Of a stretch of DNA of 62,215 nucleotides, positions 34,652-43,895 are shown one piece after another. The stretch is from Candidatus Nomurabacteria bacterium (GTDB taxonomy: Bacteria > Patescibacteriota > Minisyncoccia > Phycocordibacterales > UBA9973): NCBI GenBank assembly GCA_020850295.1, contig JADZEV010000003.1:1-62215 (forward strand). Reading direction: 5' to 3'. Both the position numbers and the translations under genes were made by a program. Under the pieces are notes generated by a model that was not told the DNA's origin, ran no database searches, and saw only the letters and a program-made list of their open reading frames with translations. Numbering within the stretch: the first letter of the stretch is position 1; each line of letters starts with the position of its first letter.

Positions 34652-35257
34652 TTATTTTAATGGTACAACAACAGAAACTTCAACTACTTCATTTGCAAAA
34701 GTCTGATCAATACCAAATTCTTTCATATCTATATTAAACTTTGCTGTGTAAGATTTTGTCGAATCTGAAAAAGAAACTGGGAAAGAAACCTTTTTTGTTA
34801 CTCCGTGAATAGTAAAATTTCCTGAAGCACTAGTACCGTTAATACTCTCTAGAACAAATGTTGCTGTTGGATATTTTGATACATCAAAAAAGTCACCTGT
34901 TTTTAAATGTTTTGTCACAGCATCAGTATCTGTTTTCAGGCTATCCATCCCAACAATAACACTACCAGTTAAAGAGTCTGCTGCATCGAAAGACAAGCTA
35001 GATTTTATATCAGAGAAATTACCATTGTGTTCTTTTCCAGGACCAAAGCCTTTGAAAGAGATGGTTACATTTTGATTATCTACTTGTTGCCCGGCTGGCA
35101 TAGTAGCTGCTACATCACCTTGAAAATTTGCATTTTCATCAGAGCTTACATCAGTCACTACAGCGTTTGGAACACTTTCATCTGGTTTTGTTTGAATTGT
35201 CTTCCAAACAAAATATCCTGCTACTAAGATTATAAGAAGAATTAAGAATGTTTTCAT
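34652..35257 (-). CDS. YceI-like (polyisoprenoid-binding) secreted protein
   Basis: Signal anchor, then F.G.......G.F......L......V...S..T.....T.HLK..DFFDV.KYPTATF...G.FTIHGVTK.V. Confidence 0.7.
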   Translation of the reverse strand: MKTFLILLIILVAGYFVWKTIQTKPDESVPNAVVTDVSSDENANFQGDVAATMPAGQQVDNQNVTISFKGFGPGKEHNGNFSDIKSSLSFDAADSLTGSVIVGMDSLKTDTDAVTKHLKTGDFFDVSKYPTATFVLESINGTSASGNFTIHGVTKKVSFPVSFSDSTKSYTAKFNIDMKEFGIDQTFANEVVEVSVVVPLK

Positions 35258-35272
35258 ATTTTTAAAATTAAA

Positions 35273-36301
35273 TTATTTGTTAATAGTACTTGCTGTTTTT
35301 ATAACATGGTCTACCAGCGTATATGTGTACCCCATTTCATTATCATACCATCCCATAACCTTAATGAGATTGCCACCAACAACACGAGTCATTTCTAGAT
35401 CTGCTATAGAGGCATGACTGTTACCTAGTATATCGCTTGAAACAAGATGGTCTTCAGTAACATCAAATATATTTTTCCATCTTGCTTCTTGTGAAGCTTT
35501 TTTCAAAACTTCATTAACTTCCTCTGCAGTAGTATCTTTTTTAGAAATAAATGTGACATCAACTATAGAACCTGCCGGTACTGGTACTCTGATAGATATA
35601 CCATCAAATAGTCCTTCAAGTTCTGGAAAAGCTTTCGTCACTGCAATAGCCGCTCCTGTAGAAGAAGGGACAATATTTTGAGCTGCTGCTCTTCCTTCTC
35701 TCAAATCTTTTTTACTAGGTCCATCAACAAGAGCTTGTGAAGCGGTATAACCATGAACGGTATTAAGAATAGCTTTTTCTATACCAAAAGCTTCATGAAG
35801 TATCGCAATCAAAGGACTCGAAGCATTTGTGGTGCAAGAAGCATTACTTGTTATATCACAAGTGCCAAATTTTTCTTCGTTTACACCAAGGAGGATTGTT
35901 TCTCCAGGAAATGATCCGTCTCCCTTACTTGGAGCTGAGATAACAACCTTTTTAGCACCTTGATCAAGATGAAATTTCGCTTTTTCAAACGCAGTAAAAA
36001 GTCCAGTGGATTCTACAACTACATCTATATCTAAATCTTTCCAAGGGAGATTTGCAGTATCTTTTTCTGAAATAAATTTTATCTTCTTACCATCAATAAC
36101 TAAATCAGATCCTTCTGTTTTAACATCATGGCTCCAGGATCGATAAACTGTATCATGACGAAGTAGATAAGACAGACTTTCTAAAGAACCTAAATCATTT
36201 ACTGCTACTATTTCTATTTCTGGTCTTTCCCAAGCTATTTTTAAAAATGCTCGACCGATTCTACCAAAGCCATTTATGGCTACTTTTATCTTTGTACTCA
36301 T
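35273..36301 (-). CDS. gap: type I glyceraldehyde-3-phosphate dehydrogenase
   Basis: INGFGRIGR, SNASCTTN active site, WYDNE. Confidence 0.93.
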   Translation of the reverse strand: MSTKIKVAINGFGRIGRAFLKIAWERPEIEIVAVNDLGSLESLSYLLRHDTVYRSWSHDVKTEGSDLVIDGKKIKFISEKDTANLPWKDLDIDVVVESTGLFTAFEKAKFHLDQGAKKVVISAPSKGDGSFPGETILLGVNEEKFGTCDITSNASCTTNASSPLIAILHEAFGIEKAILNTVHGYTASQALVDGPSKKDLREGRAAAQNIVPSSTGAAIAVTKAFPELEGLFDGISIRVPVPAGSIVDVTFISKKDTTAEEVNEVLKKASQEARWKNIFDVTEDHLVSSDILGNSHASIADLEMTRVVGGNLIKVMGWYDNEMGYTYTLVDHVIKTASTINK

Positions 36302-36318
36302 TCGATAATTATAGCAAA

Positions 36319-37734
36319 TTATTTAGAAAGTTCTTCTTTGAAGATTTTTAAAGCTATTTGCGGATTAGCACTACCCTTGGTCTCTTTCATCATCACTCCA
36401 ACAAGGGCTTGTATCACGGATTCTTTTCCTGATCTATATTGCTCAACAAGAGAAGTTTGCTCTGATATGATTTTTTCTACTATTTTTTTAAGCGACTCTT
36501 CATCATTTTGTTGCAACAGCCCTTCTTTTTCAGCCAGTGTTTTAGGGTCTTGATCTTCTTTCATCATTATAGAGAGTATGTCTTTTGCCCCACGAGAAGT
36601 TATCTCGCCGTCTGAAATCATATTTATAAGAATAGAGAAATTCTCTGGTGAAGGCATTTTTGCACTTGTATCTTTTTTCAAAATACCAAGCATGTCAGAG
36701 ACTATATAGTTTGAAGCAGTTTTTATTTGGTCAGTAGAAACAAGATTTCTAACTACTGTTTCAAAATATTTTGAAAGTTCAAAATCCTGAACAAATACTT
36801 CTGACTCTTCACCTAAACCAAGATCTTTTTTATATCTATCTCTTTTTTGCCAAGGAAGCTCAGGCAAAGATGACTTTAGGTCATTCATATCGAACATTTC
36901 ATTTAGCATAAACTTTGGGATATCAGGGTCTGGAAAATATCGATAGTCATTTGCATTTTCTTTTGATCGCTGAGAAAAAGTTGTCTGTTTATTTTCATCC
37001 CAACCGCGAGTCTCTTGAACTATCTCATCTTGCCTACCGGCTTCGTACAAAGCTTGCATACGAGAGAGTTCGTATTCAATGGCTTTTTCAACACTTTTAA
37101 ATGAGTTTAGGTTTTTAACCTCTACTTTTGTACCAAATTTATTTGGATCATCTGAAATAGAGATATTTGGCTCGACGCGCATTTCCCCTTTTTCCATGTT
37201 TGCGTTTGATACTCCAAGAGTTCGTAATAATAACTGAAGCTCACGAGCAAAGTTTGCTGCGTCTTTGGCGCTATGAATAACAGGTTCTGTCACCATTTCC
37301 ATAAGTGGCACCCCAGCACGATTATAGTCAACCAAAGTGAAGTCTCCTCTGTCGTGCTTTGAAAGTCCTGTATCTTCTTCTAGGTGAATACGAGTAATAG
37401 CAAACCCATTTAATGCTCCGCTTGTAACTATTGGATATTTGTATTGAGATATCTGATAACCTTTTGGGATATCCGGATAAAAATAATTTTTTCTATCAAA
37501 CTCTGTGAAGTTAGCAATATTTGAGCCCAATGCCAAGCCAACCTTGATAACATTTTCTATGGCTTTTTTGTTTGGAACAGGAAGAGTCCCAGGATGCCCC
37601 ATACAAATAGGACAAATATTTGTATTTTGTTTCTCCTCGTCTGGGTCGTTTTTGCAACCACAAAACATCTTGCTGACAGTAGAGAGTTCAGCATGTATTT
37701 CAAGCCCAATAACAGGGTAATAAGTCTTTGACAT
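36319..37734 (-). CDS. gatB: Asp-tRNA(Asn)/Glu-tRNA(Gln) amidotransferase subunit B
   Basis: GLEIHAEL, CPICMGHPGTLP, NRAGVPLMEMVTEP and a C-terminal YqeY-like tail. TATACT ends 7 nt before the ATG. Confidence 0.93.
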   Translation of the reverse strand: MSKTYYPVIGLEIHAELSTVSKMFCGCKNDPDEEKQNTNICPICMGHPGTLPVPNKKAIENVIKVGLALGSNIANFTEFDRKNYFYPDIPKGYQISQYKYPIVTSGALNGFAITRIHLEEDTGLSKHDRGDFTLVDYNRAGVPLMEMVTEPVIHSAKDAANFARELQLLLRTLGVSNANMEKGEMRVEPNISISDDPNKFGTKVEVKNLNSFKSVEKAIEYELSRMQALYEAGRQDEIVQETRGWDENKQTTFSQRSKENANDYRYFPDPDIPKFMLNEMFDMNDLKSSLPELPWQKRDRYKKDLGLGEESEVFVQDFELSKYFETVVRNLVSTDQIKTASNYIVSDMLGILKKDTSAKMPSPENFSILINMISDGEITSRGAKDILSIMMKEDQDPKTLAEKEGLLQQNDEESLKKIVEKIISEQTSLVEQYRSGKESVIQALVGVMMKETKGSANPQIALKIFKEELSK

Positions 37735-37775
37735 AAGAGAAAGTATACAGTAATTGTGTATTTAGACAAAAATGG

Positions 37776-37803
37776 TTGACAAAAACTAAAAAACCTGTAT
37801 ACT
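37776..37803 (+). promoter_or_regulatory. promoter of an isolated ~300-nt transcription unit
   Basis: TTGACA (37776-37781), 16-nt spacer, TATACT (37798-37803). The track's TTG start is the -35 hexamer itself. Confidence 0.55.
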
Positions 37804-37823
37804 CTAATACAAACTTACAAACC

Positions 37824-38057
37824 ATGGCTTGCACTCAAAAAGATCCTTCTGAAGCTACCCAAAGGGCCTACTCTCAACAAAAAAGATTTAATAAAAATTT
37901 TTCTGAGATTACGGACCTAGTAAACAACTGTAGTAAATTTTTAAAAACAAAGATTTCTTTTTTCAAAAGTTCTTCTACTTTTGAAAACGAACAGGGAGAA
38001 ATTGTTCAGTCCCCGAAAGAAAGACTTATTTTAAAAATTACTAAAAATCAAAATTAA
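37824..38057 (+). CDS. candidate 77-aa protein or non-coding RNA
   Basis: The ATG-initiated ORF has no Shine-Dalgarno and its composition is rather low-complexity (K/S/N/Q). It contains an 11-bp perfect hairpin (37960-37987). Confidence 0.3.
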   Translation: MACTQKDPSEATQRAYSQQKRFNKNFSEITDLVNNCSKFLKTKISFFKSSSTFENEQGEIVQSPKERLILKITKNQN

Positions 38058-38082
38058 ACCAAAGTGCTTAACTAAAAAGATT

Positions 38083-38108
38083 GCCCCGAATGTTGTTCGG
38101 GGCTTTTT
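38083..38108. terminator. bidirectional intrinsic terminator (unit at 37776 and obg)
   Basis: GCCCCGAA / TTCGGGGC stem followed by T5. Confidence 0.85.
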
Positions 38109-39083
38109 CTATTCTTTATTTTTCAAAAAATGTATTAATTCGTCAGAAAAACTCTTGATAGCCTTATCATCAAAGAGTGTTATATCAAAAACTTTTTTAC
38201 CTAATTTTTCAAATTCTTCTTTGGATTTTTTTATAGTTTCAGGATTTGTCATATCTGTTTTAGTTAGAAGTATCACCTCTGTCTTTTCTGACAACCCATG
38301 ACCATAATCTTCGAGTTCTTTTCTTATAGTTTTATAAGCACCCATCATATCTTCTTGCTCAAAAGAAATAAGGTGAAGAATTATTTTTGTCTTTGTTATG
38401 TGACGCAAAAATGTATAACCTAAGCCCTTACCGCCACTAGCTCCCTCTATAAGCCCTGGGATATCAGCAATAATATATCCGTACAAATCCCCTAAATTCG
38501 GATCAATAGTTGTGAAAGGATAAGCTCCCACTTTGGCTTGTGCATTTGTTAGTGTATTTAAAAGGCTACTCTTGCCTGCATTCGGAAAACCAACAAGACC
38601 AACATCAGCAATAAGAGAAACCTCTATATGAAGCTCGGCAAATTCTCCTTCTTTACCAGGAGTAGCTTCTTTTGGAGTTTGGTTTGTAGAACTTTTAAAA
38701 TGTTCATTTCCATAACCACCTGCTCCGCCTCTTAGTATCAATATCTCTTGACCTTCTTGTGTCAGTTCATATTCTTGGTCACTAGACTTATTTGTTATCT
38801 TTGAACCTATCGGAAACTCTATATATAAATCTTCCCCATTCGCACCTTTGAATGATCTACTTCCACCAGCTTCACCATTTTCGGCAAAAAATTCTTTCTT
38901 AGCTCGATACTGATCAAGTACTCGCAAGCTTCTAATAGCCTTTATATAGACATTTCCGCCACGACCACCGTCTCCTCCATTTGGGCCACCTTTGGCTATG
39001 AATTTTTCACGCCTCCAAGAAACGATACCGTTACCGCCCTTGCCTGCTGTTGCTTGTATTGTAATTTCATCCAAAAATGCCAT
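38109..39083 (-). CDS. obgE: GTPase Obg/CgtA
   Basis: Gly-rich Obg fold (GGNGGDGGRGG) and G domain GFPNAGKSS, DIPGLIEGA, TKTD. Confidence 0.93.
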   Translation of the reverse strand: MAFLDEITIQATAGKGGNGIVSWRREKFIAKGGPNGGDGGRGGNVYIKAIRSLRVLDQYRAKKEFFAENGEAGGSRSFKGANGEDLYIEFPIGSKITNKSSDQEYELTQEGQEILILRGGAGGYGNEHFKSSTNQTPKEATPGKEGEFAELHIEVSLIADVGLVGFPNAGKSSLLNTLTNAQAKVGAYPFTTIDPNLGDLYGYIIADIPGLIEGASGGKGLGYTFLRHITKTKIILHLISFEQEDMMGAYKTIRKELEDYGHGLSEKTEVILLTKTDMTNPETIKKSKEEFEKLGKKVFDITLFDDKAIKSFSDELIHFLKNKE

Positions 39084-39088
39084 AAGTT

Positions 39089-39985
39089 TTAGTACTCTAC
39101 CGCAAGACGAGCCATTTCCAAAGCCCCTTCTTTAGACTCTGCTGCTCCAATAAAAAGATTCTTATGGCAAAATACAGCATCTTTAACTCCTGATACTTTT
39201 TGCAATTCCTCGCCATCTAAGCCTGCCCAAGGTGCCGGAAGGTCTTTTTTGTTTATAAAACCTTGGGGATCTTTAGAAATTGTTTTAATTCCCCACTTCC
39301 CATCCTGAAGAAGTCTGACAATGAAAAGAGGTTCCGGAAAATCACGAAGTATTTCTTGCGCCGGATAAGTTTTATCAAGAATAATTATTCTCTTATCTTC
39401 TGCTTTATTATAAGCTTCTATAACTTTCTCTTTAGCTAATATAGTTTCATTGGTCTTAAATATCTCTCTTAAAAGTATTTCTTTTGACCACTCTAGCATT
39501 TTTAAAAAGTTATTATTATTTACTTTTTCAAAATCTTCACTCCAAGAAGCAGTAAAAATTCCTATTAAAAAAGAAATAGTTGCTGAAGGAACATTTTTAT
39601 TATAAGGATTTAAATCAAATCCATTATCTAAAGAATCAATAGGCGATACTAGTTCCTTGTCTACAACATTAAAAACCTCGTCATTTGGACAAATTAACCT
39701 ACCATAATGTTTCCAAACCAAACCAAAAGAAGCGTAAGGAATTTTATTTTCTCTTTCTCCTGCTCCAAGGGTTTGATGATGATCAAAACGATTTATGGTA
39801 GGATCGTATATCTTGCCCACATCTACAACTATATCTGCTTTTTCTATTATTTCTTTTTCCCTTGAGCGAATAAATTCAATTTTTTTATCATTAAAAACTA
39901 AAGCGAGTGTAGCGCAAGCAAAAACATCGTCAGCATGAAAAGCCCCACTGTGAGTTACTACAGTAATAACTTCTTTATTAATCAT
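39089..39985 (-). CDS. MYG1/UPF0160 family metal-dependent hydrolase
   Basis: VVTHSGAFHADDVFA, DHHQ. Confidence 0.8.
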   Translation of the reverse strand: MINKEVITVVTHSGAFHADDVFACATLALVFNDKKIEFIRSREKEIIEKADIVVDVGKIYDPTINRFDHHQTLGAGERENKIPYASFGLVWKHYGRLICPNDEVFNVVDKELVSPIDSLDNGFDLNPYNKNVPSATISFLIGIFTASWSEDFEKVNNNNFLKMLEWSKEILLREIFKTNETILAKEKVIEAYNKAEDKRIIILDKTYPAQEILRDFPEPLFIVRLLQDGKWGIKTISKDPQGFINKKDLPAPWAGLDGEELQKVSGVKDAVFCHKNLFIGAAESKEGALEMARLAVEY

Positions 39986-40316
39986 GATCTACAAACTTGT
40001 TTACAACCCAGTTGATAACAGAGATAACAAAAGCTCCTATTATCGCAGCTTTGAAGGAACTAATAGAAAAACCTGAGATAATACTAGCGATAAACCAAAA
40101 GAAAGCTCCGTTAATAACGAGAGAAAAAAGTCCAAGAGTTAAGATATTTAGAGGAAGTGTAAGTATGGTAATGACAGGCTTTACAACCATATTTAAGAAC
40201 ACCAAACAAGCAGAAACAACAACAGCGGTCAAAATACTATTTACACCAATACCAGAGACAAAGTATGGCAGAGAAAATATTGCAAGTACTGTTATAAACC
40301 AACGAAGTAATATCAT
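39978..40316 (-). CDS. phage holin family 4 / DUF360-like membrane protein
   Basis: 112 aa, 3-4 TM helices, NMVVKPVITILTLPLNILTLGLF pattern. Confidence 0.6.
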   Translation of the reverse strand: MILLRWFITVLAIFSLPYFVSGIGVNSILTAVVVSACLVFLNMVVKPVITILTLPLNILTLGLFSLVINGAFFWFIASIISGFSISSFKAAIIGAFVISVINWVVNKFVDHD

Positions 40317-40331
40317 AATTAAATTATATAT

Positions 40332-40784
40332 TTAAAATAAAGACTCAACAACCTTTTTGACAACAGCACCATCTGCAGTGCTTCCTACTTCTTTCATAAC
40401 AGCACCGATAAGAACACCTATCTTTGATTTATCCATATGTCCAAGCTCTGTTTGTTTTGCAACAGCAATAGCGCGAATTTTCTCTTCTGACATTTGATCA
40501 GGCATAAATTCTTCAAGTATATAGAGTTGAGCTTGTTCCCCTGCTACTAGATCAGCTCTGCCGGCAGATGTAAATTGATCTATAGAATCTTTTCTTTGTT
40601 TAACAAGTCTACCAATAACCTTCTGTACTCCAGCATCATCAAGTGAATCTTGGGGTGTTTTACCTATAGCCACCAACTCATTTGTACAACCTGCCAAAAC
40701 TGCTCGGAGCGTATCAAGAGCCGTTTGATCTTTGTCTTTCATAGCCTCTTTTAACTTTTCTCGAATTTGTTCTTGAAGTGTCAT
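40332..40784 (-). CDS. yqeY: GatB/YqeY domain protein
   Basis: L...I...LKEAMK.KD......LR..... Confidence 0.8.
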   Translation of the reverse strand: MTLQEQIREKLKEAMKDKDQTALDTLRAVLAGCTNELVAIGKTPQDSLDDAGVQKVIGRLVKQRKDSIDQFTSAGRADLVAGEQAQLYILEEFMPDQMSEEKIRAIAVAKQTELGHMDKSKIGVLIGAVMKEVGSTADGAVVKKVVESLF

Positions 40785-40801
40785 ATACCCAAATTATACC
40801 A

Positions 40802-40810
40802 TGTTACAAT
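40802..40810 (+). promoter_or_regulatory. extended -10 element (leaderless geometry) for the exonuclease gene
   Basis: TGtTACAAT ends 6 nt before the ATG at 40817. Confidence 0.5.
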
Positions 40811-40816
40811 GTCTTC

Positions 40817-41536
40817 ATGAGAATACTATTTTTTGATACCGAGACTACCGGCAACACCCCAGAAGACCGAATAGTACAACTAGCTGTTAAAGAACGAGGA
40901 GACTCTACTCCTGTAATAAATGAGCTTTTCAAGCCTCCATTTCCGATACCGTTTGAGTCTAGTGCAGTCCACCATATTTCTAACAAAATGGTTAATGATA
41001 AGCCTAATTTTAAAGACCACCCTAGATATTCTGAGATAAAAGATATATTTGAAAATGAAAATACTATAGTTGTGGCACACAACAGTGCTTTTGATGTAGC
41101 TATGTTATCTCACGAAGACATTCATCCAACAAATGTTATTTGCACATATAAAACGATAAGAGAGATAGATACAGATATAGATTTTACTAACTACAAGCTT
41201 CAATATTTACGATACGCTCTTGATATGGAGCTTGATGTTGGCGCCCATGATGCTCTGGCCGATGTCATAGTGCTCGAAAAGCTTTTTGAATATCTGTTAA
41301 ACAAAATTAGTTCTAATGGTTTAAACGAGAAAGATGCTTTAGAAAAAATGCTTACTATAACCAAAGAACCAGCTTTCATAAGAGAATTTACATTTGGAAA
41401 ACACAAAGGTATGCGAGTTGAAGAGGTTGCCAAAATAGATCCTGGTTACCTTTCCTGGCTTCTGACAGAAAAACTGAAAAATCCTATAGGAGAAGATGAT
41501 TGGATATTTACCCTACAAAAATATCTAGGAAAATAA
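40817..41536 (+). CDS. DEDDh 3'-5' exonuclease (DnaQ-like) with C-terminal DUF3820-like module
   Basis: ILFFDTETTG (Exo I), AHNSAFD (Exo II), HDALADV (Exo III), and C-terminal FTFGKHKGMRVEEVAKIDPGYLSWLL. Confidence 0.8.
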   Translation: MRILFFDTETTGNTPEDRIVQLAVKERGDSTPVINELFKPPFPIPFESSAVHHISNKMVNDKPNFKDHPRYSEIKDIFENENTIVVAHNSAFDVAMLSHEDIHPTNVICTYKTIREIDTDIDFTNYKLQYLRYALDMELDVGAHDALADVIVLEKLFEYLLNKISSNGLNEKDALEKMLTITKEPAFIREFTFGKHKGMRVEEVAKIDPGYLSWLLTEKLKNPIGEDDWIFTLQKYLGK

Positions 41537-41562
41537 AACCGCCTTTGTGATAAAATAATACT

Positions 41563-42615
41563 ATGCAACTTATCTATAGCGCTATCGGAGTTTTTATCGG
41601 CGGTCTTTTTGCCTATATATTATTATCAAAGAAAAAATCTCCTCAAAACGATCAAAACGCTTTTTCTTTACTACTACAACAAATGAGTGATTTGCAAAGG
41701 ACTGTTGATCAAAAACTCGGTGATAGTGAAAAATCCATCACTGAGAACATGCGCTTCCAAAGCACCCAATCAAATAAAATAATCTCTGACATTACAGAAA
41801 AATTAACAAGACTAGACGAGGGAAATAAACAAGTCTTGAGTTTTGCTGAGAGTTTAAACCAACTCCAAGATATTTTGAAAAATCCAAAACAAAGAGGAAC
41901 AATACTCGGCGAATACTATCTTGAGACAATACTTTCAAAGGTTTTGCCACCTAAAACATTTCAAACTCAATATCAATTTAAAAATGGCGAAATAGTAGAC
42001 GCAGTAGTTTTTGTCGGTAAAAAGATAATACCTATAGACTCAAAGTTCTCTCTTGAGAACTATAACCGTATTATTGAGGCACACAAAGACGGCAAAGACC
42101 CAGAACCATTTATTTCGGAGTTTAAAAAAGATATCAAAAAAAGAATAGATGAAACTTCAAAATATATAAGAGAAGACGAAGACACACTCGATTTTGCATT
42201 TATGTTTATTCCCCATGAGTCTATTTACTATGATTTACTTATAGCCGAAGTTGGAACCATTAAGGTCAACACTCAAGACTTAGTAGAATACGCCTTTAAT
42301 AAAAAAGTTATCATTGTTTCTCCTACTTCTTTCTTGGCATATCTTCAAACAGTGCTTCAAGGTCTTCGTTCTTTGCAGATAGAAGAAAACGCAAAAGATA
42401 TAGTTAAAAAAGTTGGAGAACTTGGAAAGCATTTAAAAGCATATGAGGAATACCACAACAAAATGGGTAGCTCGCTAAACACTGTTGTAAATCACTACAG
42501 CAATTCTGGAAAAGAATTCAAAAAGATAGACAAAGATGTTTTGCGTATTTCAGGTGAAGGTGCAGATATTGAGCCGTTACTTATAGACAAATCAATAGAA
42601 GAAACTACTGCGTAA
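41563..42615 (+). CDS. rmuC: DNA recombination protein RmuC
   Basis: N-terminal TM, coiled coil, and the RmuC core (RGTILGEYYLE, IPIDSKF, MFIPHESIY). TGaTAAAAT ends 6 nt before the ATG. Confidence 0.85.
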   Translation: MQLIYSAIGVFIGGLFAYILLSKKKSPQNDQNAFSLLLQQMSDLQRTVDQKLGDSEKSITENMRFQSTQSNKIISDITEKLTRLDEGNKQVLSFAESLNQLQDILKNPKQRGTILGEYYLETILSKVLPPKTFQTQYQFKNGEIVDAVVFVGKKIIPIDSKFSLENYNRIIEAHKDGKDPEPFISEFKKDIKKRIDETSKYIREDEDTLDFAFMFIPHESIYYDLLIAEVGTIKVNTQDLVEYAFNKKVIIVSPTSFLAYLQTVLQGLRSLQIEENAKDIVKKVGELGKHLKAYEEYHNKMGSSLNTVVNHYSNSGKEFKKIDKDVLRISGEGADIEPLLIDKSIEETTA

Positions 42616-43354
42616 AGAAAATATCAGGGTTGGCTATCTTGCTAAAACTACTAGTAGGAATACTTATATCTATGTTTCCAGAAGCATAGGCTGCAACTTG
42701 GTAAGGATCAAAAAGTACAGTTATTCCATTGTCTGTTACAACAAATGATTGATAATTTTCTTCTTTTGGGCCAGCTCCATCTTCTAACCAATCTGAGTTA
42801 ACATCGCTTCTTTTTAAAAGTTCTTTCTTAACTAGATCTGAAAAAGTCTTTAGATCATTTAACTCATTAAAAAATAAATTTGATAAAGTTAAAAGCTGCC
42901 CTTCTTTATTAAAAGAAAAAGTCTTCCGTACTTGTAAACCGTGAGCTCCACCAGTATATGAAGCTACGCTAAAGATATAGTTTTGAACATTTTTACTATC
43001 AACAAAATCATATTTTATATCCAAGGTTAAAGAAGTCTCGCTTGAACTTTCTATATCATTAACCCAACTAGTATCATCCTTAAAGGTAGCTATTTGATTT
43101 TCAACATAATTTTTAAAATATGTTGTTATTGTGTCACTATTTGTTTTTGGATAAACAGCATTTATATCATAGTGTTCAGTTTTTTCAGAAACAGCAACAT
43201 CATCTATTTTGGCAGATGGCCAAGGACCTACTTGAAGCTCGGCAATAGTTGGCTCTGGCTCCGGATCACTAGTCTTAAAACCAACCGAAGCCAAAAGAAA
43301 CAAAACTGCTAAGCAAAGTAAAAGAATTATTATGTCTTTTTTGTGGTTTTTCAT
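42605..43354 (-). CDS. DUF3298/DUF4163-type secreted protein
   Basis: Signal anchor and the YTGGAHG hallmark. Confidence 0.6.
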   Translation of the reverse strand: MKNHKKDIIILLLCLAVLFLLASVGFKTSDPEPEPTIAELQVGPWPSAKIDDVAVSEKTEHYDINAVYPKTNSDTITTYFKNYVENQIATFKDDTSWVNDIESSSETSLTLDIKYDFVDSKNVQNYIFSVASYTGGAHGLQVRKTFSFNKEGQLLTLSNLFFNELNDLKTFSDLVKKELLKRSDVNSDWLEDGAGPKEENYQSFVVTDNGITVLFDPYQVAAYASGNIDISIPTSSFSKIANPDIFFTQ

Positions 43355-43830
43355 TACTGGAAGAATACCTTAAATTCTAAGGCATCGTCAAACTGTGGTT
43401 CGCTACTTGGATTGTCTTTTTTCATTATTATCCAACCATAGTTGTAAGGCCCGAGCTGGCTAGCATCATAAGAAACAACACCAGAAAATGGCACCATGTC
43501 TGTAGTCATCCAGTTATAACCTTCATCTACCGTAACATAGCCCTGCCCAATGATAAGCCCATCCCAGTTCACAACATCTACTGGCGCACTAGCTTCAAAA
43601 AACCAATTTCCTACTGCCCTACCCTTAATACTTATAGGAGAAGAAACAGCCTCTTCGATTAATGGCGAAGTAACTATTATCTTTCCTTCTTTTTGTGCTG
43701 GCGATTTATCAGGCTCCAAAGATGTGTTTGGGTTATTGTTAACAGGTGCATTTGAAATGCCTTTTGTTAAAGCCCAGAACAATAAACCAAAAATTATTAT
43801 TAAAAAAGTCAAAATATATCTTTTTTTCAT
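43354..43830 (-). CDS. Gmad2 Ig-like domain secreted protein
   Basis: SPISIKGRAVGNWFFEASAPVDVVNWDG. The start is placed at MKKRYILTF. Confidence 0.55.
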   Translation of the reverse strand: MKKRYILTFLIIIFGLLFWALTKGISNAPVNNNPNTSLEPDKSPAQKEGKIIVTSPLIEEAVSSPISIKGRAVGNWFFEASAPVDVVNWDGLIIGQGYVTVDEGYNWMTTDMVPFSGVVSYDASQLGPYNYGWIIMKKDNPSSEPQFDDALEFKVFFQ

Positions 43831-43895
43831 ATTATAGATTATAGCACTTTGAACTTGTTTATTTAATCTATTGCTTAAGTTATAATAAAGATACA

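Noticed and set aside
37557-37769. 70-aa minus-strand ORF overlapping the gatB 5' end and its promoter region.
   Set aside because: It is out of frame and overlaps gatB, and its start lies upstream of the gatB -10 element. It is a composition artefact.
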